Positions 10,874 through 22,924 of a stretch of 64,000 bases of DNA are shown here, one piece after another (position 1 is the stretch's first letter; every line of letters starts with the position of its first letter). Both the position numbers and the translations under genes were made by a program. The stretch covers positions 55,808 through 119,807 of the forward strand of contig NIVC01002215.1 in the NCBI GenBank assembly GCA_002269645.1. The letters are read 5' to 3'. Origin of the DNA: Macrostomum lignano (Eukaryota). The notes under the pieces were generated by a model. The model did not search any database, was not told where the DNA came from, and was given only the letters and a program-made list of their open reading frames with translations.

Positions 10874-11169
10874 TGTTAGTCTAGGAAAACTGAGTCAAGT
10901 CATGTTTGCAAGCGAAGGAGAATACAATTGAAAGATCTCTACCGAAGTGACGAAAGTATTTATTTGACTACATAACACGAAACCACGTACATTAGTAGAC
11001 AAACGCCATCCGATTGGCTGGGGGTTAAAACCATGCACACTGGCGAGCACAAATGTACACAGGTAGGGGTAAAACGATAGCGCGCAAGAATTATCAGTCA
11101 CGGGAGAGAGAGAGAGAGAGAGAGAGAGACAAGTGAAACAACATGAAAAACCAAAGTACAACCCCAACA
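10874..11169 (-). repeat. 5' LTR (296 bp) of Gypsy element 1
   Basis: Direct repeat of 6659-6950. Contains CCAAT and AATAAA on the minus strand and an (AG)n tract. Confidence 0.95.
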
Positions 11170-11174
11170 CTTTT

Positions 11175-11197
11175 GTTTTTGTTGTTGTTGTTTTTGC

Positions 11198-11271
<74 letters not shown>

Positions 11272-11690
11272 TTGTCTGCGGTGAGCAACTCACAGGGGCC
11301 GCCAGTCGACGGCTCCCAGGAGCTGCGCCACCAAGTCACCACGTGCAAAGTCACTCAGACTAGTGACGCCGATGTTGCGCCGATTAGCTTCGAGCTTAGG
11401 GCAGGTCCAGAGGTGAAATTGGTCCGGAACATCCAGGCAAAGTCGGCAGGGGCCGCCTTCGGTGATGCCGGTGCGGTTACGATAATAGTTGGAGACAGGG
11501 CAGTGGCCTGCTCTGACCTGCGCCACGAGGATTTGTTTGCGACGAGGTCCCTGATGGAAGGAGATCGTTTTACCATAGACCTCGGCCGGCGACGGCTGGT
11601 GCCATCATGGTCGAGGAGGATCCAAGCGGCTCCGCCGTTTTCGACCCCTCCGGTGGCCGAGCCATCGGTGTAGTAGGTGCAGGATCCTGG
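11175..11690 (-). mobile_element. Internally deleted, 5'-truncated RNase H-bearing LINE fragment with (AAC)n tail (unit D)
   Basis: Minus strand YYTDGSATGG...NGGAAW (RNase H start, ~11675-11625), then AQVRAGHC...CRLC...HLWTCP zinc knuckle (ORF 11290-11526), stop, and (AAC)n tail 11275-11175. Confidence 0.75.
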
Positions 11691-11732
11691 GTGCTGTTGC
11701 TGTTGTTGTTGTTGTTGTTGTTGTAGTTGCTT

Positions 11733-11767
<35 letters not shown>

Positions 11768-11780
11768 TTCGTTGTTGTTT
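11691..11780. repeat. (GTT)n/(AAC)n microsatellite
   Basis: Imperfect GTT run directly upstream (minus sense) of unit D. Confidence 0.9.
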
Positions 11781-12221
11781 TTAATGCCCAAAAGGCACCT
11801 CGAGGTAAAAAGTCATCCCGTTCGGCATCGAAACCGCCCCAACAACTATTTATGCTATTGATCCATAGACAGAAAAGAATGAACGCCCTTACTATAGTAT
11901 GAAATAGAATATCAATTTTCCAAAATTGAATGCTGATTGCTGAAATTGAATGGGTTCTTGCCGAATTCAAATGACGGTTGAAGTAGCTAAATATAGAATG
12001 ATGAAATGAATGTCCGCCTGCCGAAACAGAATGCGAGTTTTCTTAATATTGAACGGAAGAGGTGTAGTTAAATGCTTTAAAAAAGCTGAAGCCAGGCGCT
12101 AAGGCGCTAATAAAGATTAAACTATTATCTACTACAACACTTACCCTTCACGAATTTTCACCAACTGCTTAGTCCTTCATCTTGGGCTGCTGAAGAGTTC
12201 GCCTTTGGTGCACTTGAGAAT

Positions 12222-12224
<3 letters not shown>

Positions 12225-12268
<44 letters not shown>

Positions 12269-12641
12269 GAGACAGAGAGAGAGACAGAGAGAGAGACAGA
12301 GAGAGAGACAGAGAGAGAGACAGAGAGAGAGACAGAGAGAGAGACAGAGAGAGACAGAGAGAGAGACAGAGAGAGAGACAGAGAGAGAGACAGAGAGAGA
12401 GACAGAGAGAGAGACAGAGAGAGAGACAGAGAGAGAGACAGAGAGAGAGACAGAGAGAGAGACAGAGAGAGAGACAGAGAGAGAGACAGAGAGAGAGACA
12501 GAGAGAGAGACAGAGAGAGAGACAGAGAGAGAGACAGAGAGAGAGACAGAGAGAGAGACAGAGAGAGAGACAGAGAGAGAGACAGAGAGAGAGACAGAGA
12601 GAGAGACAGAGAGAGAGACAGAGAGAGAGACAGAGAGAGAG
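12225..12641. repeat. (GA)n / (GAGAGAGACA)n microsatellite
   Basis: Directly visible. Source of the spurious SLSL/RER ORFs. Confidence 0.97.
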
Positions 12642-13319
12642 GAGAATTGGGTCTGGTGTCTAAAGGCCACCGCCTGCTATTCTGGGATATCGCAATCAGC
12701 GTCAATCAATGATCAATCAATGAACGTCTTAGGGTATTCGAATCGTTCCAAAGGATCCTATCCGATACATGAGAAATATGGAGGCCTTTAACTAAAAAAT
12801 TCAACGTAATTCGGTTTCTCAATCAACAGCCAACAACTCTGCTCTCGGTAATCAAATAACAGACTGGCAATGCTTACCGAATGTTATGATTTCGCTCAGA
12901 GATGAAGACCCAGGTGTTCCTTTCTTTTCAAGTCTTTTTTGGGACCGCTCCGAGTTAGAGGTTTTGAGGCTCCCAGAGTGCTTGTATCTTCTATACTCTT
13001 TTTATGCAAGAACCGGTTATTTCCAGTTGAGTTTGATGGGATGAAGAGGTCAATTCTTAGGAATTTGACCCTTTTACAGTTGAATTGAATTTTAGTGAAC
13101 AAAATAGAAATGGAGACACTGTGTTACCTTATGTGGTGTTCAAAAGTTGCAATGGGCTCATGATTACGAGTAAATGGTAACATAATTAATTGTTTTAGTT
13201 TGACTGCGAGTGTTCCCACTATTATACTTATAGTAGCATTTCATGAATGAACGATAATCTACACTGCGACAGCTCTCTAGCTGTCTTGTCCCAACAAGGT
13301 GATCGTCAGCAAAATGATC

Positions 13320-15435
13320 AACGTAGTGATCATGCTCGAGAACTTCCGAGTTTATTTTCTTGAACGCCCCTTCGTCTTGAGCACTGAAGCTGCAGCGCTG
13401 AAGTGGTGTTTCACGCCAAGAGGCATGTCATGAGCACTTGGTTGGCCGCGATCGAAGCCTAGCTTAGGCGGAGAGCAATGAACCATGATTTAAAATCCAA
13501 AAACAGGGAGGCTGAGACTCAGACTTCCCAGCAGCTGGAAGTGCTTTCTTGGAATAGCTCGTGCTGAACTGAAGCTGACAGAAACTGGACAGCCAACGCC
13601 AGCCGAAACTCCGCAATCCGAGTAGTAAATAAAAACTCATGCCATGGGAATCTTCGGATGCTCCGCATCTCCGCATCTCGGGAATCTCCGCAATTATTAG
13701 GGAACCGATGTGATCCTGACACTTGTGCCCGGGCAAAGATAGATTGCCGCAAATATTAGGGAACCGATGTGATCCTGACACTTGTGCCCGGGCAAAGATA
13801 GATGGCCGCAAATATTAGGGAACCGATGTGATCCTGACACTTGTGCCCGGGCAAAGATAGATTGCCGCAAATATTAGGGAACCGATGCGGTCCTGACACT
13901 TGTGCCCGGGCAAAGATAGATTGCCGCAAATATTAGGGAACCGATGCGGTCCTGACACTTGTGCCCGGGCAAAGATAGATGGCCGCAAATATTAGGGAAC
14001 CGATGCGGTCCTGACACTTGTGCCCGGGCAAAGATAGATTGCCGCAAATATTAGGGAACCGATGCGGTCCTGACACTTGTGCCCGGGCAAAGATAAATTG
14101 CCGCAAATATTAGGGAACCGATGCGGTCCTGACACTTGTGCCCGGGCAAAGATAGATGGCCGCAAATATTAGGGAACCGATGCGGTCCTGACACTTGTGC
14201 CCGGGCAAAGATAGATGGCCGCAAATATTAGGGAACCGATGTGGTCCTGACACTTGTGTCCGGGCAAAGATAGATTGCCGCAAATATTAGGGAACCGATG
14301 CGGTCCTGACACTTGTGCCCGGGCAAAGATAGATGGCCGCAAATATTAGGGAACCGATGTGGTCCTGACACTTGTGTCCGGGCAAAGATAGATTGCCGCA
14401 AATATTAGGGAACCGATGCGGTCCTGACACTTGTGCCCGGGCAAAGATAGATGGCCGCAAATATTAGGGAACCGATGTGGTCCTGACACTTGTGCCCGGG
14501 CAAAGATAGATGGCCGCAAATATTAGGGAACCGATGCGGTCCTGACACTTGTGCCCGGGCAAAGATAGATGGCCGCAAATATTAGGGAACCGATGCGGTC
14601 CTGACACTTGTGCCCGGGCAAAGATAGATGGCCGCAAATATTAGGGAACCGATGTGGTCCTGACACTTGTGCCCGGGCAAAGATAGATGGCCGCAAATAT
14701 TAGGGAACCGATGCAGTCCACCCGTGCTGGCTATCCAGACCAGGCAGTGCACGTTTACCATGTGTGTCTATTTCCAGGAAATAAGGCAACAGGAATTTGT
14801 TTTTTTATTGACGGCTTCACAGGTTCGAAATTATTCCTGTAACTGCTCAAACCACTTCTCAAACGGTTCTGACTGAGTGGATCATCAGGTACGGGGGGGC
14901 GATGGTAGCGATCGTGTCAAACAATGGCACAGCTTTCAATAATCATGTTGTAACAGCGTCGTCATTGTGGTCCTTATCGTTTTCATTTTTAATTTCAATA
15001 CGAATCTAGATATTTAAATTGGTTTGTAAGTCAAGCAAGAACTTTTTATTTAAAGATTGATTTTATGCAACTAAATAAAAAAAAATAATTTTATTTCTTT
15101 AACCCAAGTCTTTTGGGTTGTTCTTATTTTTCTTAGTCAGTTTCGGTTTTTGATGAACTGGTTTTTCCCGCCAATTTAAGTTTTGTTTTTCACGCGTTCG
15201 TGTTTTTAATCCTTGCCAGACGTCTTGTTGTTGTTGGTTAATAAAACTAATAAATTAAAAGCTAATTCGCACTGCAACAGATAAAATCGAACTCAACCCA
15301 ACACCACCAGAAACGCTACTACTACCGAGGCACTCCAGCATTCGGTATTCAAGGAAGCTGGGCTCGTGCGGGTCTTGAATCTGGACCACAAGGGCCTTGA
15401 CACGGCGGTGTGGGTTGGGCCCTACAAGATCGCGT
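13320..15435 (+). mobile_element. Old Gypsy pol relic (RNase H, integrase core, GPY/F motif) interrupted by a 59-bp minisatellite
   Basis: ENFRVYFLERPFVLSTEAAALKW (~13340-13410, RNase H), FIDGF/RFEIIPV..EWIIRYGG..IVSNNGTAFN (~14805-14945, integrase core) and VWVGPYKI (~15409-15432, GPY/F), in canonical order. Confidence 0.6.
13688..14715. repeat. 59-bp tandem minisatellite, ~17 copies
   Basis: Unit AATATTAGGGAACCGATGCGGTCCTGACACTTGTGCCCGGGCAAAGATAGATGGCCGCA, head-to-tail with no spacers. Confidence 0.97.
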
Positions 15436-15448
15436 AAAAGATGTAAAT

Positions 15449-15570
15449 GCTGAGATGTCAAGGCTCACGCGGGGGGGGGGAATCGCTGAGATGTCAAGGC
15501 TCACGGGGGGGGAATCGCTGAGATGTCAAGGCTCACGGGGGGGGGGGGAATCGCTGAGATGTCAAGGCTG
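15449..15570. repeat. ~33-bp tandem repeat with variable poly-G, ~4 copies
   Basis: GCTGAGATGTCAAGGCTCAC(G)nAATC repeated. Confidence 0.85.
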
Positions 15571-16670
15571 AGGTCAGGAGCTACATGTAGTTTATTAAAA
15601 AATTGTACTCCATTCTTTGTTGGCTCCGTGTTGATTGCTACAGGGTAAAAAAGTGTGTGAGAAGACCAGTGTACACCGATCTAATCGACAGGGAGAGCCC
15701 GGTGGATCAGCAGCCTCCTCGATTGACGACGGATCTTTCCCTGTGGTCTGCTCAGCAGAAGGCATTCTCTGGAGCTGGACTGGGAGGAATCGGAGGAGGA
15801 AAGTTCGATTCCCGTTTGAAGCAAGGGGTGCCCAGAATCGGAAGATGTCCCTCCGAGTGCTCATAGTGTCACGTCTATTTTTTTGCTGTGTGCACCCTGG
15901 CGCACTATAAGCGACATTGTCGCACAACCGGCGAGAGGCGTTACTACCCATTCCGCCGGCTCCCCTGAGCAGGCACACAAGGGCGCGGATACGTACGCAG
16001 TTATTCGCACAGACACACACTCAGCACGTACAGCGGCCCTAACTTTATTTATCGTCAGGCAAGTACACTTCACTCTGCCTTGAGGGTTGGCCTTCAAGGG
16101 TGTTAATTGCACGAACAGACCCAAAGCGAACGTATGCTGCTAGCACATACCGGTAAGAGCGTCGTGCTAGACCACTTGGCTACGCCCCCCTCTAGGGAGG
16201 GTTTCGAGTTCGGTCAGTCAGTCTCAGAAGTCGACGAGAGCTGTGGCAAGACAGTGAGGAGGTCGAGTTCAAGCAGCAGGTCTGGAGTACCGATTTGGAC
16301 CACTCGCAGCCAGGTCAGTCGCCAAGTGAGGAACTTGCTGACATCAAACTGGACCTGTTAGAAGACAGTTGGGGGGGGGGGCTCCCAGTCTCAGTCCTCT
16401 AAAGCGGTGGCTGTACTGACCGTGACCACTAGGTTCGTTTCGAGTTATTTGCAAGCCAGCCATCCAAGTTTCTTTCTGCCATCTTCAATCTGTGCGCTCA
16501 GAAGAGACGCACCGAGAGCCGCTGCTAGGGGGGATTGGTAAGGGGAAACGGTTAGGGTATTGTCTGTCTGATGTCTGTTGGTGCTGTTGCGCTGCTTTTG
16601 AGGGGTTTTGTATTCTTTGTGCCGTTTTGTGCCGTGCTGTACTGTGTTTGCATGCAGGCTAGCTGGTCCT

Positions 16671-17033
16671 CTGCAGATAACATCCTTGTCGCATCCCGCT
16701 GCAGACAACATCCTTGTCGCATCCCACTGCAAGAAACATCCTTGTCGCATCCCACTGCAGGAAACATCCTTGTCGCATCCCACTGCAGGAAACATCCTTG
16801 TCGCATCCCGCTGCAGACAACATCCTTGTCGCATCCCACTGCAGGAAACATCCTTGTCGAATCCCGCTGCAGACAACATCCTTGTCGCATCCCACTGCAG
16901 GAAACATCCTTGTCGAATCCCGCTGCAGGAAACATCCTTGTCGCATCCCGCTGCAGACAACATCCTTGTCGCATCCCACTGCAGGAAACATCCTTGTCGC
17001 ATCCCGCTGCAGACAACATCCTTGTCGCATCCT
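16671..17033. repeat. 28-bp minisatellite with two largely alternating variants, ~13 copies
   Basis: ACATCCTTGTCGCATCCC(A/G)CTGCAG(GA/AC)A units. Confidence 0.95.
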
Positions 17034-17221
17034 GCTGTCTGACTGCTGATTTCACAACTAATATTGCTATTAAATATTGCCGGATTCTGGTTTTTTCGTG
17101 CTATTCGCAGGCATGGTTGAGTGAACATTTTCATCATCCTTGTTTTAACGCCCAAATATTGCAATATGTTTCTTGGCAATAGCTCGGTTACCTCTTCATA
17201 TGCTTGGTCCTATTTCATTCC

Positions 17222-20200
17222 TGTAGCCATATGACGCCTTCTATGTTTTAGCAGTGCTATCAATAGATTGATGTTGTCTATGGAAACACAATCCTGTAAT
17301 TGTTGTTTTAAACTGCGATGACTAAAGAGAGCCGCAGATAATATACGCTCGTAAGAATTTGGTTGCACGCTCTAAGAGAGAGCTGAAATCTCAAATCCCC
17401 AAAGCAGCATTTTGTTTCCTAAGTTACCCAATTGGATAAGAAGACTAACAATGGCAACGAGGCTACCAACCATCGAACCACTGGAAGACGGCGAGGACCC
17501 AAATAGATCGATCCAGCGCTTCGAGATCAGTGCCAAACTTAACGGCTGGAAGGACGACAATAAACGAGACGCCTTCCTGGCTCTAATCGGCGAGAGGATG
17601 TTCAACCTTCTTGCAGATGCAACACTACCTGCTAAAGTGGAAACAAAATCATTTGATGATTTGGTGCTGCTAATCAAAAAAGAAGTGAAAGGCGAGAAAT
17701 CAGTAATCGCCTGCAGATACGAGTTTCACAAGGCGAAGCAAGAAAGCAGCGAAGACATCCTGACCTACAGTCGCACGCTAAAGCAGCTAGCAGAGGACTG
17801 CGAGTTCGCCGATAACTCGGACCGACTCCGTGACCAGTTCATATTCGGCCTAAAGAGCAAGGAAATCCTAAGAAAACTACTCTCCGAAAAGTTAAAGGAT
17901 CTCACCTGGGAGAATGTCACTGCTGTCGCCGCAGCGTGCGAGGCTGTCCAAAGAGGAGAGAAGGACATGAGCGGCTCAAATGTTCTGCACATGCGACAAA
18001 AAAGCAGCCGACCTCAGCACACGAGAGAGTCGTGGAAGCGCTACGCAAAGGCGCCGGCCGAACGAAACCAGGGTAAGGCACATGCTTCTGCTGCGGAAAA
18101 CCTGGACACACCAAAACTGAGTGTCGACACAAAGCGCTCACATGCGACAGCTGTGGCAAAGCAGGTCATCTGAAAGCGGTGTGTAAAGCCGCAAAGTCCC
18201 AAACAAGTGGACGCCGAGCAACATCAAGAGTTCGACTCCTGCAGCAACATCCTTTACTCGATGGTGAAGCAGAGGATGGAGAACAGCACGGTCAGATTTT
18301 TTCGCTATCATCCCGGCAAAGGATCGCCCGTGAAGTCTGCATAAACGGAACTACAGTTGATATGGTGTTCGACACGGGAGCGGATGTCTCTCTCATATCG
18401 AAAACTAACATTCGAGTGCCTGTCAGTCATCCCCGAAGTATTGCCGACGAACAAGAGACCCAATGAGTTCCAAGGTCATGCTGTTCCAATTCTAGGCGAG
18501 GCAATGGTCACTGTGAAATACGATGTCAACTCTAAGAAACTACCAGTATATATTGTGGACAAGTCAGATGCTCCCAACATCTATGGACTGCAGTGGATGC
18601 ATGCTTTTTTGAAACCTGGTCTGAAAATCTATCGGGTGAAGCAAAACCAAGCTCATCTAACTTTGAGGGAGGGAACAATACCCGTGTTCCTCAAGCCCAG
18701 ACCGTACGGTCTTCGAGACAGTGTGAAGGAAGAACTGGATAAGCTCGTGAATGATGGAGTCCTGCGGAAGGTGAATCAGAGTGACTGGGCTACACCTATC
18801 GTCGTTGTCAGAAAGCAGAATGGTAAGATCAGGCTGTGTGGTGATTATAAAGTTACGGTTAACAGATCGTTGTGCGACATGATCTCCACTACACCGAGCA
18901 TCGAGAACGTGTTGAGCCAACTTGGAGGAGCCAAGACCTTTTCTGTCCTGGATCTAACGAATGCTTATCTGCAGCTTCCTGTGGACAAGGCATCGGCGAG
19001 TGTTCTAACACTGAGCACGCCATTTGGACTCACAAGCCCCAGTCGTTGTCTTAGGGGGTCAAACAGGCACCGGCCATATTCCAAAACTATATGGACAAGT
19101 TGCTAGCGTCGCAGAAAAATGCCGTTAGCTACCAGGACGACATCCTGATTTTTGGCCGAAAAGAGCGCGAGCACGACGACCAGCTGGAGACTGTAAAAAG
19201 CATCCTGAAAGAGAACAACGTAGAGGTCAACTACCAGAAAAGTTTTATCAAGAGTAAGCGAGTGAAATTCCCGGGTTTGGATATCACCGAAGAGGGAATA
19301 TGCCCAGCCATTGACAAGATGGACGTCATTAGAGGACTAAAAGAACCAACGTCTCCAAAGGAACTTCGATCTTTCCTGGGACTTCCGAGTTCTACTGCAG
19401 GTTCATCCAGAGCCTCGCTACCATAAAGGAACCGTTGGCAAAGTTAATCCGACAGGACGAGAAGTGGCATTGGGACGTGCAAGAGCAATCTGCCTTGAAC
19501 AAAATCAAGAATAATATCCTTAAATCGAAAGTAATAAAGCCGTTCGACCCTTGTGACCCGGTGACCAGGCTTACCACCGACGCATCCCCATATGGAATCG
19601 GGGCTGTGCTTGAGCAATCTAATGGACCTGTACTCTTCATCTCAAAAACTCTGAGCAAGACTGAGAGAAACTACGGGAGGCCTTAGCTATCATCTGGGCC
19701 GTTAAGCGCCTCCACAAATACCTGTACGGACGCAAGTTCACACTGGTGACAGACCATCATCCGTTGAAATTCATATTCGATCCGTCAAAAAGCATCACCA
19801 GTTTGGCTTCAACCCGGATTCAGCGATGGGCTATTGCTCTCATGCAGTACAACTATAAAGTCGAGTGCCGCCGCTCGGAAGAGATCCCGGTCGCCGACGC
19901 TCTATCAAGGCTGAAGTCAACGCACACTGAATCAGAACAATTTGACGTGAGTTCTGTTCAAGACACCATTTTGGATTTCCCAATTGACAAAGAAAAGGTT
20001 TGACAGGAGTCTCTGAAAGATCCACTGATGCGGAAAGTTTTCGCACAGGTGAAGTATGGATGGACTAGAATTGGTAGAGCTATGGTACGGGAGTATTCCA
20101 GGATACAAGAGGAACTGTCTATCGAGAGCGGAATCCTGTTCAGAGGACTTCGAATTGTGGTACCAGATACGCTACGGAGCTACGTACTGAGGACCCTGCA

Positions 20201-21343
20201 CAATTATGGACACCTGGGTGCTGATAAGATGAAATCTATCGCCCGACAGTGTGTGTGGTGGCCTTCAATCGATAAGGAAATCGAACTCCAGGCAAAGACG
20301 TGTAAAAACTGTCAGACGCAAAAGGATTATTCAGTAGGCGGGTGGACCTCCTGGCCTCAGGAGACAGAGAAGTGGAGCCGGGTTCACATAGACTTTGCCG
20401 GCCCCTTCAAGAATGGGAAGTTCTGTCTCATCATGATCGACGCCTACAGCAAGTGGGCCGAAGTCCACCTGATGAACTCAATCACTACGGAGGACACAAT
20501 CCGTCAACTCCGGCGCACTTTCGCACAAGAGGGTGTGCCACCTGTCCTCGTTTCGGATAACGGACCCCAGCTAGTCTCAAAGGAGATGGAAAGCTGGCTC
20601 CGAGGGATCGGTTGCAAACATCTCCTGACACCTCCATATCATCCTCGCTCAAATGGGATCGCCGAGAGATTCGTTCGGGACCTTAAAAACCATCTTCGTG
20701 CAGCACAAGATTCGAGCGACATGCAAGCCAGTATCGACAGGTTTTTGCTGCAGTATCGAAACGCAAAGCACTCCACAACAGGTCAAGCGCCAGCTGAACT
20801 CATGAGAGGACATCTACTGCGCTGCCCGATCATTCAACTAGCGAGACAACCTGTGTGGGCCAGAGTCTACAACGATCACAGCAAGAATGGGCCCCTGGCG
20901 TGATTATCGGATCTGAAGGAAAAGTCATTGTCAACGTCGAAGAAGATGGAAAAGTGTTAAGAAAGCACATTGGACAGACGAAACCCAGGATCCCAGAAAC
21001 CGGCGAGACACATCATCAAATAGCGCAGCCGGCTACTGAACTGCAAGATGCCAAGGAGACCAGTGAGACTGAGTCGATGGCAGCATCGCGGCCAGTCACC
21101 AATAACCAGTATCCCAAACGCCATAGACAACCGCCTGACAGACTGAAATACGATCAACTGGGACAACCTATGTGATGTGAAAGTGTTATTACTCAATAAG
21201 TGGTTATTGTGACAAAATTGCTGTCTGAAAACAGCATTCCTTTTTATTAATCATTATCCTGCCGCTGGACAGTAAAACTAAAAAAGGAGGAGTGTAGCCA
21301 TATGACGCCTTCTATGTTTTAGCAGTGCTATCAATAGATTGAT
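17222..21343 (+). mobile_element. Ty3/Gypsy (Mag-like) LTR retrotransposon 2, frameshifted, 3' LTR truncated
   Basis: 5' LTR 17222-17450 (TGTAG...AACA), PBS-like TGGCAACGAGG at 17452. PPT AAAAAAGGAGGAG, then a 51-bp exact copy of the LTR start at 21293-21343. Confidence 0.9.
17451..21175 (+). pseudogene. Gag-Pol of element 2, split by several frameshifts and a stop
   Basis: Gag MATRLPTIEPL (17451-18173), protease FDTG (18357 frame), RT WATPIVVV/YQDD, RNase H TTDASPYG and TDHHPL, integrase HIDFAGP/SDNGPQ/AERF (20028-20903), basic tail PKRHRQPPDRL. Stop TGA at ~20001. Confidence 0.88.
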
Positions 21344-22128
21344 CACTGAATTAATAAAATTCAATGTTGCAGATGGAAATTTAGATAGACACTTTCATAG
21401 TTTAAAAATTTGCAACATTATTTTCCATTGTTTAGTGGCCGTTTCTTCCGTTCAAGATTGTTTTCAAATAATCTCTGAGGTTTTAGCTAAAAGTATACAG
21501 GTATTTATGGCTGCAAAATGCGATAATTGGAAGGAAGCAAAACTTTTGACTACGTTGTACAAGTTTGCCTACGAACCTGGACCCCAATTATGGCCGAACA
21601 CTAAGTATTCATTCGTAAATTCGAACACCTGCTGTCGGAAGTTGCATACACAGTTTGATGAGCCCGTCATTCAATATGAAGATTAGCCATTTCAGTTCTG
21701 TTTATTGCTGCCACCACTGTGACTTGGCTGGATCCGCACTAATCATCAGGCTCAAAACAAGGTTCCGGTCGAGTTCCGGTTTTTCCAGCTTTTCGGTCTC
21801 CAGCACTGCCCTGACATTTAACGAAAGCTCACTTCTAACACTTAGAGGCAAACCTATGCGCATGCGGGTAGCAGAATTCCAGTGAATGCGGCTGACAGCT
21901 GAGAGCCAGGCTATGAAGTTTTTGTCAACCCAAGCATTCCGCATGCATACTAAATGTAAAATGCACATGCAGACACTCGACCGCATCTATTACCATGCGA
22001 CCCGATGCTCGAAAAGAAATCATAAGGAAATATCGGCACATACGATCGCACCTGCAGCGTTTAGAGCTGCTAACTCATACTCGTGTCTATTTATTAGAGC
22101 AAAACTTGCACTACATTCCACCATAGGC

Positions 22129-22924
22129 TCAGCCCATGTTCCCGCGGATGAAGCTCAGGCTGCCGTATACGTTGCCGTAGATGGCCTGGTTGTTGGTGAA
22201 GTCACCGCCGGATACGACACCGACTTGGCGGGGCTGGCCGCTCACGGAGATGAACAGCGGGCCACCGCTGTCACCGTAGTACGGGCTGTTCGGGCTCATC
22301 GACTGGCAGACGGCACCAGTGAAGCGCCTGCAGGCAGCCACGGTGTTAGTGGCGTACTTCAGCACGCCGGACCGCCTGTTCTCGTCTTGGCCGTAGCCAG
22401 CGATGGTGATGCTCTGGCCGACAGAGGTGGCGGAGGTGTGCAGAGTGATGGGCTTGATGACGGAGGTGAAGGAGATCGCCGAGGTGGTCTTCAGGATGGC
22501 GATGTCGTCCCTGTGGGTCAGATCGGTATTTTTCCAATGAATCTGGTTCAAACAATAACACCTAAAGCGGCAGAACTAACCAGCAAAACAGCGTCTTTGT
22601 GGAATACTCACTTGCCAATGGTGCCACACCTGGTGTAGCCCGGGTGGATGACCTGCCGGCTGGTAGACAGGCTGTACCTCCGGGAGCCGGACTCCGGGTT
22701 GTTGCCCTGAACGGCGCCGAACAGAACGGAGGTCGGCTTGGAGCGGCACACGCAGTGACCGGCGGTGAGGACGGTGCGGCTGTCCAGGATGGAGGCGGAG
22801 CAGGAACCGAGCCACGCGGCGAACGGGAACTGGCCCTGACTGGCAGTCCTACCGTACAGGACGTACGGGTCGGCATGGCCGAGGCCAGGCCGAGGGCGCA
22901 GGCGACAATGAGCAGCTTCAGCAT
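22129..22924 (-). pseudogene. S1A serine protease copy 2, with 1-nt deletion just after the signal peptide (pseudogene or assembly error)
   Basis: Exons 22924-22612 and 22510-22129 align with copy 1. Copy 1 reads ATG CCT GAC CCG and copy 2 reads ATG CC- GAC CCG (~22872), which shifts the frame. Triad motifs are intact downstream. Confidence 0.8.

Larger units (their letters stand above)
6659..11169 (-). mobile_element. Full-length young Ty3/Gypsy (Mag-like) LTR retrotransposon, 4511 bp
   Basis: LTRs at 6659-6950 and 10874-11169 with TGTT...AACA ends, identical except for (AG)n length. 5-bp TSD CTTTT (6654-6658 and 11170-11174). PBS and PPT present; single gag-pol ORF. Confidence 0.97.

Noticed and set aside
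12158-12705. Long SLSL/RER ORFs
   Set aside because: Translations of a (GA)n microsatellite.
13688-14715. 59-bp array as a CRISPR array
   Set aside because: Units are head-to-tail with no unique spacers, there are no cas genes, and the context is eukaryotic.
15595-16440. Short ORFs between the Gypsy relic and the 28-bp array
   Set aside because: No motif, splice structure or codon pattern that I can support.
16445-17182. 200-244-aa Cys-rich ORFs on both strands
   Set aside because: Translations of the 28-bp minisatellite.
21400-21990. Possible hAT transposase relic (HWNSATRM, LGSRF)
   Set aside because: The motif matches are too short and degenerate to support a call.
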